Counted from the whole stretch's first letter, positions 12,180-26,413 are shown. The stretch: DNA of 56,209 bases, filler included, from Sphacelaria rigidula (GCA_964200075.2; 6 parts of 6 records of this genome joined end to end with filler, not necessarily neighbours in it), one strand, 5' to 3'. The notes: generated by a model from the sequence alone, not told the origin. A program made the numbers and translations.

Positions 12180-13100
12180 GGTGGATGGGCTGGTGGTGTA
12201 GAGCGCGGGTTGATGCTTTGGCTGTACCTGCCCAGGGTCGTCGATAAAACGTATAACGTAGGTGCTGGCATCAGTAAGATCCACTACGCGGATGGTCGAA
12301 CCACCAAAGGTTAGCGCTACCTTTCAACTATAAGCAGAGTTGCTTGAGGAAGCATTTGTTACGATTTTTCCAGCCTTGCAAAGGTACCAGCTTGTGTCCA
12401 TCGACGACGAAGCCCAAGCCTTTGTCGCGATGCAGATCACGAGCTGGTGCGTCGTGGCGCATGCTGTGTTTTGTTGTTATTGTTGTTGTTGTTGTTGTAC
12501 ACGAGGTGTTGTTGAGGTTGCGTCCAGTGCAAGATAATTACTTGACGATGCAACTGGAGGTCAGATTCTTGTTCCCAAGACACTCTACGAAGATCATGCC
12601 AGCGGGCCTTGTATACATGACGGCAACTTTGCCGCCGGGGCGCGGACGATTTGATAGTAGGTAATTTTGGACACATCCAGGCGTAAGGCTCACTCAGTTA
12701 AATCATCGGCGGGGGCGTGGTAGGGCGACGACTGTGTCGAGTAGCTGTTGAGCACGCATCGGGGGAGGCCAGCAGGGAGATATTTAGGCATATCGCTGGT
12801 GTCGTGCGGGCTGACGCATGGCTTGCATCGGGGTCACTGAAACGCCGAGCTCAGCGTCTTGACCCTGGGAATCTCGTGACAAGTCGGAAAAGAGGAGGTC
12901 GTCAACGGCAGGATGCTGGTCGGATGCTGTTGGCGAGTGTTCCGCTTGAAGGGTACGGAAAGGTCCTGTACAATTGAAACAAAGGTTTGGCTCGAGGGCC
13001 TCTTTATTGGCGGCTTTGCGGGTCCGTGGACGGATGATCGGTAAATTGATGCATATCCACGCTCAGCCTCCAACCTTCCAAGTTGGGCGTTTGTGCATAA
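12180..13100 (-). pseudogene. Degenerate Ty3/gypsy integrase C-terminus with chromodomain-like region
   Basis: Frameshifted reading includes CTGPF (GPY/F-like), RCKPC.SPHD.SDMPKYLPAGL, SSPYHA..DD and VSWEQESDLQLHRQVIILHWTQ. Homologous to 26412-27072; a (CAA)n tract is inserted at about 12470-12500. Confidence 0.7.
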
Positions 13101-16100
13101 TATGATAATACGGTAGGGCTTCACTTTATGGGCCAATCGTTTTCTGCGGCTGCACGCTGAAGCCCAGATAATTGTCGTCGAGAGGCTCCTAAAGTGAAGA
13201 GCCCCAGACAAGAATTGTGCGCCGCTACCGTAGAAGCACCCGTTGGCTCTCTACAGGCGCGAAACCTTGGGAGCGTGTTGTTCGAGGACAGGTGTGTGAG
13301 CTCATGGAAGAATATCTAACCATCGAGCGTAAATCGTTTGAACTTAGAGAATGGCGGTCGAGGGAAACTTGCAACGCGTAGTTCATTCCGGGAAAAATCG
13401 GTGTCCGCGTTGACCGCGTTGACGTAGGACAACACGCTAAAGCATCGCATCGCATGGTCGGTTGCGCCGATCTCTTGCTGTGGTAATTTTTTTTGTTTTG
13501 ATCGATCATCGCACTTTGACCGACCCCCCAGGGGTCATGATCCAGCCGTGGTCACATGACAGACGTACCCGAGACAAAATACTACCTGACAACATCCTCA
13601 ACTCCCTCAGATAAAAAGCGAAAGGAACGTTTGGAGCTACAGAGAAGGAACTCCGCGGTGTGGGTGTTCGCTTGATGAACACTATCAAAACAGCCAATAA
13701 GCGACCTTCCAAATTAAGGAGCAGTGGATCAATGTTATTGTATGCCTGCCAGCGATGGTCAGGACCCTGGTTGATCCGCTTTGAATCTCATCCCATCCAC
13801 TCGACGACACACTGTCGCCGACATACCTCAGACGGCAGACATGACTGGTGTTCACCAATGAACGAACCCTACGTGAATGCATGGTCAACAGCCCTACTTC
13901 ACGAAGCATTGCACTGCGCAAATAATCGACGTTCTCACTGCCCCAACACATGTCGTCGACGGGTTCCTGATAACGCTAGATACAGATACAGTCAGGGAAA
14001 TCGGAGCAGTGTGCAGTGGTTCAGGCTTTAAAATGAACAGGGTGCAGACTACTCTACCTCACTCCACAAACACCCTCCCACCTCCCCCGGAAAACTGCGC
14101 CAGGTTTGGAATGCCTTGGCGCAAAACAAGCTCTCCATCGTGACGGCATCTCCTTTGGTTAGCGCTGACGCTCCAAGAACGAAACAGCAGCCTGCTAGAG
14201 TAGACGCCACCGTGGCCATGATGCTGAGCGAATCGGGGTTCCAGTCTCAGGTGAATATCCGACAAAATTGGGTACGTAACACTACCTGATTTTTTAATCG
14301 ATCAATGGATGGGTGATCATCATGTTGATTGATGGATTGTCACATGGTGACTGATCTGCACCAATTGTAGCCGTGGTGACAAGCTTTGACGTATCCGAGG
14401 TGAAGTAAACGGACACACGTATGAAAGAGATATCCAGAAAAGGCAACGATCCATGAAACCAGACTTTGCCAATAAACCTAACAACCAGCATGTACTCTTG
14501 GAACACAAACGTTGCTTACACCCCTCGGTCGACGGCTGATCATAGCCAGAATTGCCTCGTAACTCAACCTGAAGAAATTGATCCACAAAAAGTTCATCCA
14601 AAATGTCTGACTCACTAGTTATTTTTGGCCGGCGTACTTAAGACGGGGCGTATGACCAATTTACTGAAGCTCATAACACCAGTACTGTCACTTTACTTTT
14701 ACTCCGCACGCTCCGCTGAAATTTTAAAAAGAACAACATTTCAACGTGAAGATCTGTCCAATGTGCAGTCAAAGTGCCAGCTAACCCTCGACCACAGAGG
14801 TTTAAAAAAAACTTTCGTTTTACCGCCTGATGAAAACCAAAATTTTACCATTGAACTTGCCGCGCAGGCGTTATTGATGAAACGTACGTGTAAAGAAGGC
14901 CGTTCAGTCAGCGAAGCGTGTTGCTATGCAACGAGGACCCTCGGTGAACTGAATCGAGGCACCGACGGGCTTGTTTCGACGAAGCACAACCAGCACATTT
15001 GTAGCACAAAATTCGTGTTGAAAACGAATAAAATTAGAGACGTTGGGTATCCCTTCGAGGCTAAGAAAACGTTCTCGCAAGACAGCGCCTGTTCAGAAGT
15101 GAATCCTTAAGTTCAACGACAAGAAAGCTCAGACAAGGAAACAATCGGTTTGATGTCATCTTCTTGCGATTATCACGCGCTGTAAAAGCAAAAAAGACAG
15201 TAGCGCGCAGAGTAATAACGACACCTCTCCGTAAGATATGCATCGTAGTATAGCCGTTCATACGAAAGCCCGTACATCTTTTTAGCAACCTTGTAACTTG
15301 GATGCCTTTTTGTGACGCGTAGGCGGCCCCGTAAGTGTAGACAAAGTTGCGGGCGCTGTGGAAGAAATACAGCACCACAACAACATGACATTGTCCGCAT
15401 GAAATGCGGAAAGCATGCGGCTGTATTTCTGCGGTGTGGGTGGAATTTGAAGACGACTTCGTGAGCGCGCGCAGGCGTGGCATCCCGTTCCTCTGTTTTT
15501 TTTTCCCGGGGATGTACGGCACGCTGGAGTCTGCAAAACAAACAAATTTGGTTGGCAAAAACCCTGACATGAAATCGTATATCGTTACACCGCGGCTGAA
15601 TCCGTAAACAGATCAGTTGGCGTGCGGCATCAATCAATCGGTTAATCGAGCGACAAATCATCCGTCTACTTCCCAAGCTTGTGCTACGCTCGAGACCTCA
15701 TCATGGACGTTGCTTTCCCCCCCTTCAGTTCAGTCGGCCTCCACACAAGCTCAGAGCACGGTAACCCCCCCGCCTCCCCCCGCCCCTGCACGTGCGCAAC
15801 GTTCGCTCGTACCCCGTCGCACGACCTAATTTCCCTTGGGTGTTTGTTTTGTAGCCATTACTCGCGCCGGCATCTGAACCCAGCATAGCAGACGACGCGG
15901 TACAATCGCGAAGAAAGACTGCGAGCAGCAGCGGCAGCGCGGCGCGTCTGGAGTTAGAGGCACAGTTGGCGTTCGCGACAGGAGCAGCTGACTTCGCAGT
16001 TCGGATAGGAAACGGGCCGCCGATATTGCTTCCTCCGCAGCCTCCAGACATTTTCACCGAAAACTCCGCGTCCCAACGGCGAAAACAATATACTGCTAGG

Positions 16101-17251
16101 TAGTGATGAGTCTCGTGGGGGTGGAAGAGATGGCGGTCGGGCGTGTTGGAAGCAGTGGTACTAATTGCGATTGCGAGTTGGGCATTTTGAAAGATCGAGG
16201 CCGAGAGGTAGTGCGATTCTTGTACGTCCCTCGTCTTCTCTCCGCGTCGTCATGGGATTAAGTGATGGGTGATGCGAAGGGCATGCATGAAGCGTTCTAT
16301 GTATGGGTTACTTGTAGTCTCTCATGGCTCCACAGCGATGAAAATTAATTATACTCCTGTTAATCCTCTGCCAATCCCACGACACCGCCGCTTCTCCTGC
16401 GATTCAGTAACACCGTGGATGATAACATGGCCCAACGTTAGGCAATGTTGCGCGTGTTGACACTACCACATCACTAATATATCATATTAAGCACAGATAT
16501 TGCCTTTGTGTCTATCATATGTATGTATAGGGGCATTCACTTTACGTTTACCAATATACATTCATATTTGTGCTCTCATGTAGTATGCTACGAATGTGCT
16601 ATGATGCACCCCCGAAATCTTGCACTCCGAATACGATGCGGTGCGACAGGAGGTAGTGCCTGCACACGCACACGACCCTAGTCGTTTTCCACAAGTTGAG
16701 ACGCCGCACACCATGTACGTGCCTGCCACACTCACCGATTGCAAATAGACCAAAGGATTAATGCGGAACCAACATGAAAAAAGAATGAGTCCATTTATAT
16801 GAAATCTTCCGTACCTAACGCTATTCTTCAAGAAATTCGGACAAGTCGGGCTAACGGTTGGTGTCGATATCCGGAGCAGATCACGTGGCTATAACGAGCG
16901 ACCAAGAATAGTGTTACACTTGGCAACATGGTGGGGTTAAGATGTCACGATCACTGCGGAGTCGCTCAGTCAGCACTGACATCGTGGTTGAGTGGTTATT
17001 ATGATGTCTGGACGAAAAACTAATCCTGGTGTCCGTCTAAGTTGCTAAACCTATAGATCGAACTCCCGTTTCGCCATAGTCTTAACGCCTTGAACGGATA
17101 CGTACCGGGATTAATTTTTTGAAGATGTCACAGTAATCACTGAGCCACTCAGTCAGAGCCGATTGAGTGGCTCGGTGGTTATTGTGACGTCTCGACAGGT
17201 GCACACTGCGGATAGCCCAGAGTGACGGGAAGTCTTGCATTAATGTGGTGT

Positions 17252-17659
17252 ACCATCCATCTGGAGTCTCCGTCTGGGATATTATATCCATATGGGACAT
17301 TAATCTAGGATAGCGTAGTCGTCTGGGGTGTCAATATTGGATAGTATTGTCATCTAAGATGTCCATTTGTGATAGGGTTGTCATCTGGGATGTCCATCTG
17401 TGACAGGGTTGTCATCTAGGGTGTTCACCTGGGATATCACATCCATCATCTGGGGTGTACATCTGGGATGTTGACATTCCTTTTGGATATAAATATCCAT
17501 CTGAAATATGCGCGGTCATCTATCATAGGGGTACCTGTTTGATTAAGATATTCATCTCGGATGTCCACCTGGGAGAGGTCAATGTTGTGGTACTGTTGTC
17601 TAAATCGCAGAGGGATGTCCAAATCCTAGCGCGATGTCCATGACCCAGATGGATTGGGT
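17252..17659. mobile_element. Second copy of the CATCTGGGAT-unit MITE family
   Basis: Begins CCATCCATCTGGA, has many CATCTGGGAT-like units, ends CCCAGATGGATTGG. Confidence 0.55.
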
Positions 17660-20600
17660 CCACAAGCTACCACACACAAACTCATGTATATATATATATA
17701 TATATATATATGAAGGGGTGGTGTCCAGGGAATTTGAGACACCCTCTACGCCTAGGGTTATTTACCCGACGTGCATGTGTCGCCATTCTACAAGTAGAAG
17801 TTTGGGATTTAGAATGACTACACATTATGCACGCCATTCGTCTCGATATGCATTGTACGGGCTGGGTCAGCCTAAGAAGGGCCCAGGGCGTGATATTGGA
17901 TTTCCCAGCTCAATTTTGAGCGTTGTGCTTTGAAGTTTGGGATGCACTATTGAGCAATTCGTTGGCCTAGACTATACAGTCGAGTTTGGTGGCTGGTGTT
18001 CCCCCTCCGGGGGTAGCGAGACGCCAGCAACGTTTCTGGGCGTATCAAGTGCCCTTCGTTTCTTCGTGCAGCTGTTCGCGGCGGAATCCTGCAGCGGCAT
18101 CATACAGTATAGTATACAATGAACGGGAAAACACGCGCACGCTGGTACACATTATCCGCATTGTGGGACATCGCTCAGTCATTGGTAAGTTGAACAGCAG
18201 GCAGACGTAAAGCATGGTCCGGGTTGCAAAATAGAAAGGGGCGTCCCAGGATATGTTGGTGAATTTTCGACTGATGCCGCGGTAGCCCCCCCTCGCTCGT
18301 CCCTTCCTTCCCCAGAAGTGTCACGAAGACGGAGGTAAAATCTAGATCCGAGGTGTTTCTGGGTGATATCTTCTCATGCTGATCCTACGTTCTTGGTCGA
18401 CTGCTGTCTTGTCGTACGTAACACAACAAACAACCCCGGTGTTGTCAAGATGTTACCGCAAACTATTGGGCACTTTCTACGATAGCCCCCCCCCCCCCCC
18501 CAAAGTGCATGGTTTTGTGAGGCAAAATGTTCACGTGAATCGAAATGGAAAAAGCCGAGCACAACAAGCAGCTGGGAATTCCCACGCTTGGGTCTGTTCT
18601 AGCCAATGTCGCCAATATGAGGCGTTTCATGCAGCCTGAACCCGAACATCAGGCACTGTGTGGCCATTTTTTTCNNNNNNNNNNNNNNNNNNNNNNNNNN
18701 NNNNNNNNNNNNNNNNNNTTAATTAATTAANNNNNNNNNNNNNNNNNNNNNNNNNNNNNNNNNNNNNNNNNNNNAACCCTTCGATCCCGGTGCGGGTAGT
18801 CCATCTGGATGATACATACTCTTTTCAAGTGAATGTTGACGCCGATTCAGCGGATGACCTACCTATTCTCGCGGTCAAAGTAAGGGAAGCTACAAATATG
18901 TTCATAGATGACGGTTGATGGAGAACATCATGGATTGTTACAAACTAACACTAACACTAGCCCCACCCCCGACCCCGACCCAAGGCGCACGAGACCCTCG
19001 GGCGAGGAGGGGGCATAGAGGCCCCCCGGCCACGTGCGNNNNNNNNNNAGGGTGCATAGATTCCCCTAGGCCAAGTGCGCGTTGGCAGACTTCAAATCGT
19101 CGCCTAAAACGCCGATTTCGACAAACACACGCTCTGGACGAGCTGAGTCCACTGCTCACCTGCCCCAAACCATATATTTTTTCAGAACTTTGTCGAGTCT
19201 ATAATCTCGTAGTCATCCCTGTCAACAATTGTGTACGAACATTGTTTTAGGTCTACTGTTTATCGTTATGCACTCTGGTGCTGGTGTGTAGTAAGTGTCT
19301 CGTCCAGGAGGCTCAACCAGACCTAATCATCCTTGTCGCCAAAGCCAGTCTACACACCGGCACACGCTCCTTTGTGTGAACGGTGTGCGTGCTAGCTTTC
19401 GACAGCGGTGCCAACTGCCTCCGCGCACACACCGTATCCCAATATGCCCGCACTCAGGGTGTAGACACATGACACTGCTTGTAACGCAGGGTATGCCCGC
19501 ACTCGGGTTGTGACATATAATACTACTGCACTACAACAGGGGTGGGTGTGCCTGATGAACACCGCGTTGACCCAACTCTATCACCACACCACAGCCTTGG
19601 CCAAGGGTAGCAGTGAGAAAGAAATACTCTACTCAAAGTTTGAGTAGGTTTGCTCCAAGGGTCAACTAGCCTCTTGTTAGAGGTATCTCAAACTCGTCTC
19701 CCGGTATCCTCTGGTTTATTCGCTGGCTCTGAGTTGTGTACCATTTTTTCAAGTGAAAGCGGTCGCGATTCATAGGAGGACCTGACCTGGCGGTCAACGG
19801 GTCTCATCATCTGATGCATCGGCATCACTTTCACTTGAAAAAATAGAGCAAGACAGGCCAGGATACCGGGAGCCGAGCTTGAGACACCTCTATTATGCCA
19901 CAACTCAACGTGTCGTGGAACAATTTGGAAGATCCCCGATAGCACCGTTCGAATAAACTTGTCGTTCTCACTTGAACCTTGAACTCTCAATCTTACGAAA
20001 ACATTATTTAGGTGTAGCCAGGTGCACCGAATGGATACGGTGTGCACGCGTGTCGATGGCTGTACCACCGTAGGAGCAACGGCGGAGAAGAAGTTCTTCG
20101 CTCGTGTCTTTCGCGTGTCCTCGTTCGGCGATTTCCAATCTCTGGAGAGGTTTTGTCATATTACCAGAACATACCCGATTTACCATGTGCTGGCAGGTGG
20201 GTTATTGCTGCATAGCCCCCCAACGAAGATCGGGGTGCCGAGGGGATTCGTCTCTTGTCTGTGGCGCTGACCAATCCAAAGATCGGGTCCTCTCTGCCTC
20301 TCTTTTTGGACAGGACGTGCCTCCGTGCACTGGAGAACACGTCAGGAAAGCTCACATTGCAGCCTGGCAGCCCCCATATGGGTCACGCCAGCAACAGCTA
20401 AGCCATCGCCAGTGGTGTCTCTTTTCACTCCGTATGCCAAGGAGGTCTCGACGAGTGTTTGATCTCTCATACACCCCCTCCCCCAACTGGGATACGGCAG
20501 ACTCTTGTCCTTGTTGTCCGAGGTTGGGTGAAATGGACGATGGCGGAAGCAACCCCCAACGTGCAATTGAATCTTGGCGCAACTGTCGTTGCACGCATGT

Positions 20601-21412
20601 GTGTGTGAGAGAACAGTAGCGGTGGCGGGGAGATCGCTCTACTTTTCGACGACGTGTTCTCCAGTGCACGGAGGCACGTCCTGTCCAGGTTCGAGCGGTG
20701 TGATGGGTGTGTACCTCTATCGCTGTTAGTTGTTTTGTACACTACAAGCGCCCCGCAGGGCGAGATGCCTTGACATGATTGCGCGCCCACACCGTCCTGC
20801 TGAGTGGGCGGTGGAAGGGTTCGGCTGTCGTGTTCCGTATTGTGGCAACTTGCTGTGCCGTATGAGTTGCGTTCCGCAACTTGGCAGCTTGTTGGGTGCC
20901 GTTGTGCACCTACACTGCACAAGGGTCGTGCAGTGTGTCAATCACCCCACAGGGATTTCGTTTTTGTGGGGATGCAAAACACCGACGGCGGGGTCTCCGG
21001 TCTTCAGCCCGTAGCAAGAGGTGGAAGAGTTGGAGACGTTCTTCGGCTATTCAATATTGTGCCGTGCGGTGGGTTGGGCAGTGACTGTTGAAGGCCGATG
21101 GTGGTCAAACGTGGGCACACTTTGGACCAAAGTGCGCCTAAAAATAGATGTATGAAAATCATGGGAGGTGACGGGGAAAGCATCGACCCCCTTATTGGAC
21201 AAAAGAGGATACACTGCGAGGCCCTCGTGGCTAGCGGTGCTGGGTGGCGCTAGATGTATTTTTTTAGTTTTTCCAAAGTAGGTGTATATTCTCTGCACGA
21301 GCTGGGGGCATGTCGACCTGCTTTTGTTCTCATAGAGAAAGCTCGTCATCGATTTTTAGGGCCCATGTTCAATGAAGGCCCCGTTTTTGGCCGGTGGGGG
21401 GCACGCGCGCGC

Positions 21413-21720
21413 GGGGGGGTGTACTCATGATCATGTATGCCATTGTCATAAGACCATAGACCTCGCATTTCTACAAAGCCGGGACGAAGCACGCCGTGTT
21501 TCGCCGGACCAGACTCACACTCAATCACTAAGCGCGAAGCGCCGTGGTGTGTTCCGTGATTCGCATGAAGAGTGAGCCGCATCCTGCTAAGATTGTTCAG
21601 CACGAAGCCTACTGATTATCTTGCATTTGGATGGCAGCCTTCAATGATTTGCTTTTTTTGTAGTATCGGCACTTCCAGGGACGGCGGTGGCTTATGCACT
21701 GCCTCAATGGGTGCCTCACT
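21413..21720 (+). repeat. Dispersed ~300-bp repeat family A (Gn-TGTACTCATGAT head)
   Basis: Colinear with 32415-32708 and with 9388-9520, which is followed by a new head at 9526-9565. Confidence 0.85.
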
Positions 21721-21843
21721 ACCCATGGGGCGCGCGGGGGGAGGGGGGAGGGGGGCACTGACGGAACACTCCGTACTTCAGGTCAACCGGAGAAACATGA
21801 CAGGAAAAAAGGTGCGATTGCGAAAATGAGATGTGACCTGAAT

Positions 21844-22139
21844 CAACAACGTTTGCGTGAGATTGAGAGTAGAACGTTGATTGAGGGTGGTTTTGATCAT
21901 TCGCCTTAACTTGGCTAACTTTTGATTCAGTGTCTCGTTACCTCCATCACTGGCGTGTGCTTACAGCTATACGTCGATAGTTTACTCAGGGATATCAACG
22001 GCTTCAGTGGCGAGCTACTTCAGAAAGCATAGCGGGCCTCGCGGAGGGGCATTTCGGAGCTGAAACGATTCATTCCCTAAGTGATCGCTCTTCACTCTCA
22101 ATCGTATCCTCCACTCTCAATCTCACGAAAACGTTGTTA
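21844..22139 (+). mobile_element. ~300-bp MITE (copy 2)
   Basis: TIRs AACAACGTTTGCGTGAGATTGAGAGT…ACTCTCAATCTCACGAAAACGTTGTT, with further pairing to about 45 bp. Confidence 0.75.
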
Positions 22140-22308
22140 ATCGCGTTCTGGTTCTTACTTCTTCACAATCTCCAATCCTTCCACGTTTATCGTCGCGCGG
22201 GGATAACGGTCCTACAATACTCAGGTACCCGAACCTAATGAACGAAACTCTTTCATCTCTCCGTTTCCCGTCCAAACGAATTCAGCACGGGATTTTCCAA
22301 AAAAGGGG

Positions 22309-22701
22309 TGGATTTTTTATTGAGGATGAGAAACCCGGAGAAATAAAACCTTCGTATCGACATCAAATCTTGAAAGTATGGTCCCATTTCTTCACTTGCT
22401 GGTAGCTATTAACAACTGCTACACGGCATATGAATTTGGATTTAGATGACCGAAATGTTGGGGTCCTAGGTGAAAGACAAGTTTTCGGGAATTTCGGCGA
22501 TCTGATCGGATGGCCGAAATGCCTCGAAGTTTGTTTTTCACCTAGGACCCCAACAAATCGGTTATCAGGATCCATATTTGTATGGCGTGTAGTAGTTGTC
22601 AATAGCTACCAGTAGTTGGAGGAGTGGAACGATATTTCGACGATTTGGTGTGGATGCGAAGATTTTAATTCTCCCGATTCTCTATCCTCAATTGAAAATC
22701 C
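22309..22701. mobile_element. ~390-bp palindromic MITE (CTGGTAGCTATT…GGGGTCCTAGGTGAA family)
   Basis: Arms mirror each other (CTGGTAGCTATT/AATAGCTACCAG; TGTTGGGGTCCTAGGTGAAA/TTTCACCTAGGACCCCAACA). Homologous to 24418-25231. Confidence 0.8.
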
Positions 22702-24417
22702 GTCGCCAATTGGTAAAATCCCGTGTTACTCACCGACTCAATCGTGGCGTGTTGGAACGCGTAGTTCGATCCTAGTTTTCATTTCACTCCCACCATAAGA
22801 ATTACGTTGCATTTTGGAACGCGACCCTCCGCGCACATTGGAACAAGCCGGACATTTTTGGCGCCATGAACACAGCATTTCTCGCGACGAAACCCTGTTC
22901 GGCGTGAGAGATGCGGCGTACTGGGCAACAACAACGCCAACCTTCTTCCAAAGAACACCGAGAGTCTTGTTCCAAAAAACAACCAAGGGTTGCAAGGGAG
23001 GAGAACCAAGACCGAGACAATAGGTTCCAAGCTTCGACATCTCTGAAAAGTGCCTATCCTGCACAGTCGGCACCAAATCTTGCCCAAAAAATGGACTTCG
23101 CGGATCATGCCACTCCGAGAACTCTTTCTGTACCTACGGCGAGAATTCCGCCGTCTTGTCCCGATCTTTCGCACGCTCACTTTGGCTCTTGGCCGCACGA
23201 GCGATTTCTCGTACAAACCAGAATATTATCGTGGTTCCGTCAGTTTTCCTGAGAATTTCTCCAAGGAGTGAAGCAGTTTCGTCGTGTACGACAATTTTGA
23301 AGTTTAATCAAGAGACAAACTAGGCGCGCGACAGACCGGAAACACACGCCGAAATCCTCTCGGAGGGAATAGTAAGTCTTTGCGAGGCGGCAGAATCCTT
23401 CAAGATCGTATTTTCGGGGCAAAACATCAGCGCCGAATCGCCTAAATAGGCGTTTATGATGGACTTTGTTTCTGTGCTCACAAGAATCGGGGTGGAATCA
23501 CACCTCATGGAGATAAGATTGTTACCGTTTTCGATTTTCGAGATTGGGGGGTTTTTGGCCACCATTTTTGGATCCAAAGCATCAAATACCGCCAGTACTT
23601 GTCTTGGACACTTGTGTATCATCTCACTGACGGAAGTCTAACCCACTTTTGCCGGTTTCCTCTGCTTCGAGACTTTGAAAATAGTCACTTGACAAAATTG
23701 GAACTTGAGATGGAGTGAAACGCGGTTCTCATCAATACATTCAAACTTCCCACGTTTGACCTCATTTCCAGTTGGCTTGTTGTCAAGTGGCCGTTTTCGG
23801 AACCCCGAAGCATTCGGAGCGGTACAAATGGGCTACACTCCCGCACGTGAGACGATGCACAGTATGCAACACATGACATGGAGAACTTCCCTGTTCAGGT
23901 GCAACGGTGATTTCAAATGCCCCCGAAGCTCAAAAAACAAGTATGACAAATACCATCCCCATCTGCTCGAGATGTGACCCAGGTCAAATCAAGTCGATTT
24001 CTGGAAATCACAAAACCCAGATTCTCGAGAAATGACAAAATCTAGATACTACAAAGTCTCGTAAAACCACAACCGCTGCAGCAGCAGCTGGCAACGCCAC
24101 CATGTGCAGAGAGGAATATCACAACCTCTCTTGCAACCTCTGGCAGATCTCCTTGAACCTGATGATCATAAATGATTCTTCCAGAAGCCGCGGTCGATCG
24201 ACCACTGATTGAACCGATCACGTGGTGGCGTAGAGTCGCACCAAGCACCAGTTGATGGTGCAATAGTAGTGGCAGCAGCAGCAGCAGCAGTGCGTGACAC
24301 GGCAAGATAGATTGTCGTCTGTAAGCCTTGCGGCAGTCGGTAAAACCGACAAGGAGACGGCGAGCGAGCAAGGGGTAGGAGCGAGGCGTCGCATGTATTA
24401 CAAAAAAATACGTCAAT

Positions 24418-25231
24418 AACAGCCGATCATCGAGATTGAGGATGGAGCTTTCCATTGAGAATGAGAACTCGGAGGATTAAAATCTTCGTATCCACACCAA
24501 AACTTCGAAATATGGTTCCATCCCTCCGATAGCCGGTCGCCGCGGTGGCTCAGCTGGTAACCGCGACACCTTCTGAAGGTTGGGTCGTGGGTTCAAATCT
24601 CGGAGCGATCTGGGATTATTTTCACACCATGCCCAACAGTGGAGAGCGACCACGTCGTGGGTACACAAAATTCGACTTGACAGTCGACGAGGGAAAGGGA
24701 CGGCTGAACCCATCTCGCGATAAAAAATAAAAGGCAAGCACCGCAGAAGAAAGGTGGAATACTAAAAACAAAAAAGAGAAGAAGCTCCTCGACCTTCCTC
24801 CTGTGTGACCCCGGCTGGTGCGCCCACATACACCGAAAGGTGTAGACCGGCGTCCAGAATAGATGGGACGACAACACACACACGCAACGCATTCCATCAC
24901 CTACTGGTAGCTATTAACAAGTACTACACGTAGTAGAAATTGTGATTCCGATAACCGAAATGTTGGGGTCCTAGGTGAAAAACCAATTTCGGGGAATTTC
25001 GGCGATCCGTTTGAATCAGCTAGATTCCCAAAAAGTGTTTCTTCATCTAGGACCCCGACATTTCGGTGATTGAAATCAAAATTTGAAATGCGTGTACCAG
25101 TTGTCAATAGCTACCAGTAGGTGAAGGAATGGGACTATACTATGAAAAAGTGTGATGGATACGATGATTTTAATTCTCCGGGTGCTCATCTTCATGAAAA
25201 GCTCAATCCTCAATGCCGATGATCGGGTGTT
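24418..25231. mobile_element. Fuller copy of the same palindromic MITE, interrupted by a SINE
   Basis: Ends AACAGCCGATCATCG..ATTGAGGAT / ATCCTCAATGCCGATGATCGGGTGTT. Removing 24527-24889 restores symmetry. Confidence 0.8.
24527..24889 (+). mobile_element. tRNA-derived SINE
   Basis: Pol III A box TGGCTCAGCTGG (24546) and B box GGTTCAAATC (24590), A-rich middle, 3' GAAA-tetraloop stem, (CA)n tail, and short imperfect target duplication CAT(C/T)CC. Confidence 0.8.
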
Positions 25232-25806
25232 CAATCGGCATATGACATATGATGCTATACAATGATATAACGAAGGACCATGGCCCTTTCAAGTTCTGTG
25301 TGGGTCGGTTCACGCAAAATGTGATCATATCACACGGAACGCTAACGAATAAAATATCAAACCCTCCGCCGGCGCATCCCTGCTGAAGTACATACACGTA
25401 CGTATCCTGCAGGATCCTCAATGGCCAGAGTATTCCTCAGCGTACGCAATTGCGACGTAAATTTTATTCTTGAGATGATCCGTCATTGCGTCCAAGGGAG
25501 CTTTCATTAGATTAGTTGCTCAAGATAACAGCGCGGGAGTTCCACAACTGGGGGCTTGGGTTATGAGCATGCTGCTGTGTTATTCAAGAAAAACTGTACT
25601 ATGAAGGTGTTGACAAGGCAATGCCTCGTGTATCAGCCAACCCTATCTTGTGCAACAGGAGCACAATGGATATGGAGTGTCTAGCACTCCAAGATTCACG
25701 CTCAAGGTACTCGCACCTATTAGATCGAGTAGGAAGCTCAAACAGGAAGCTAGTTCTCACTTTATCAATCTGACGGTTCTCGTTCCCAGCTTTCACCAGT
25801 AATCAC

Positions 25807-26413
25807 CAGAGGCAATGTAATGGTTGATGGCTGAACGTCCAAGCTGAGAGTGGGGACAGGTGGGGGAAGGTCAAAGCCTCTCCGTCTATACTAGTGAGGC
25901 GTGCTGCCCTCCGGGATCCGGGGAAAACATCAATATGGTCTACACCTGCCCCCAAAGCGCATCTGCCCCATGGAGCCTCTATAAGGCTGCGTGTGCCTAC
26001 ACATAATGATCCTATATCTGTACAATGCTTGTGACCTGCGAGTCTGAGGAGGAGACACTGCAAACTTCTCTCCATCTGATGACACTAGCCCATCCAGAGG
26101 AGCCTCCATTACAGTCAGTTGCAATAAAAAATATCAAAGCAACGAAAAATGATACTTTTCATCACTCGTGTGAAGTCGTAAGTGAAAAGAGGTCGACCCA
26201 ACGAAAAAGAAACACAAACATAGGCCTCAATGGGGCAATGGTCAACCCTTTGCCCGATCCTCCCACACCTGAGACAAGAAAAGCAAAAACTGCTTCCGAG
26301 AAGCGCAATTGCGCAATTGCGCTGACAAGCGCAGGAGCACACAATGCTGCTGCAACTAGCGATTAAACGGAAGAGCACACAACGCTATGATGCGCTAGCT
26401 AGAAAGGAAACGA
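25807..26413 (+). repeat. Left arm of ~600-bp inverted repeat
   Basis: Reverse complement of 27477-28061 with scattered substitutions and indels; both arms encode MLVTCESEEE..Q..LHLMTLAHPEEPPLQSVAIK. Confidence 0.92.

Noticed and set aside
19690..21100. Possible LTR-retrotransposon gag relic on the minus strand (Cys/His knuckle-like traces)
   Set aside because: Too degenerate to support without a profile search.
24535..24610. tRNA gene
   Set aside because: A and B boxes are present but acceptor and T stems pair poorly, and it continues into a body and (CA)n tail, so it is a SINE head.
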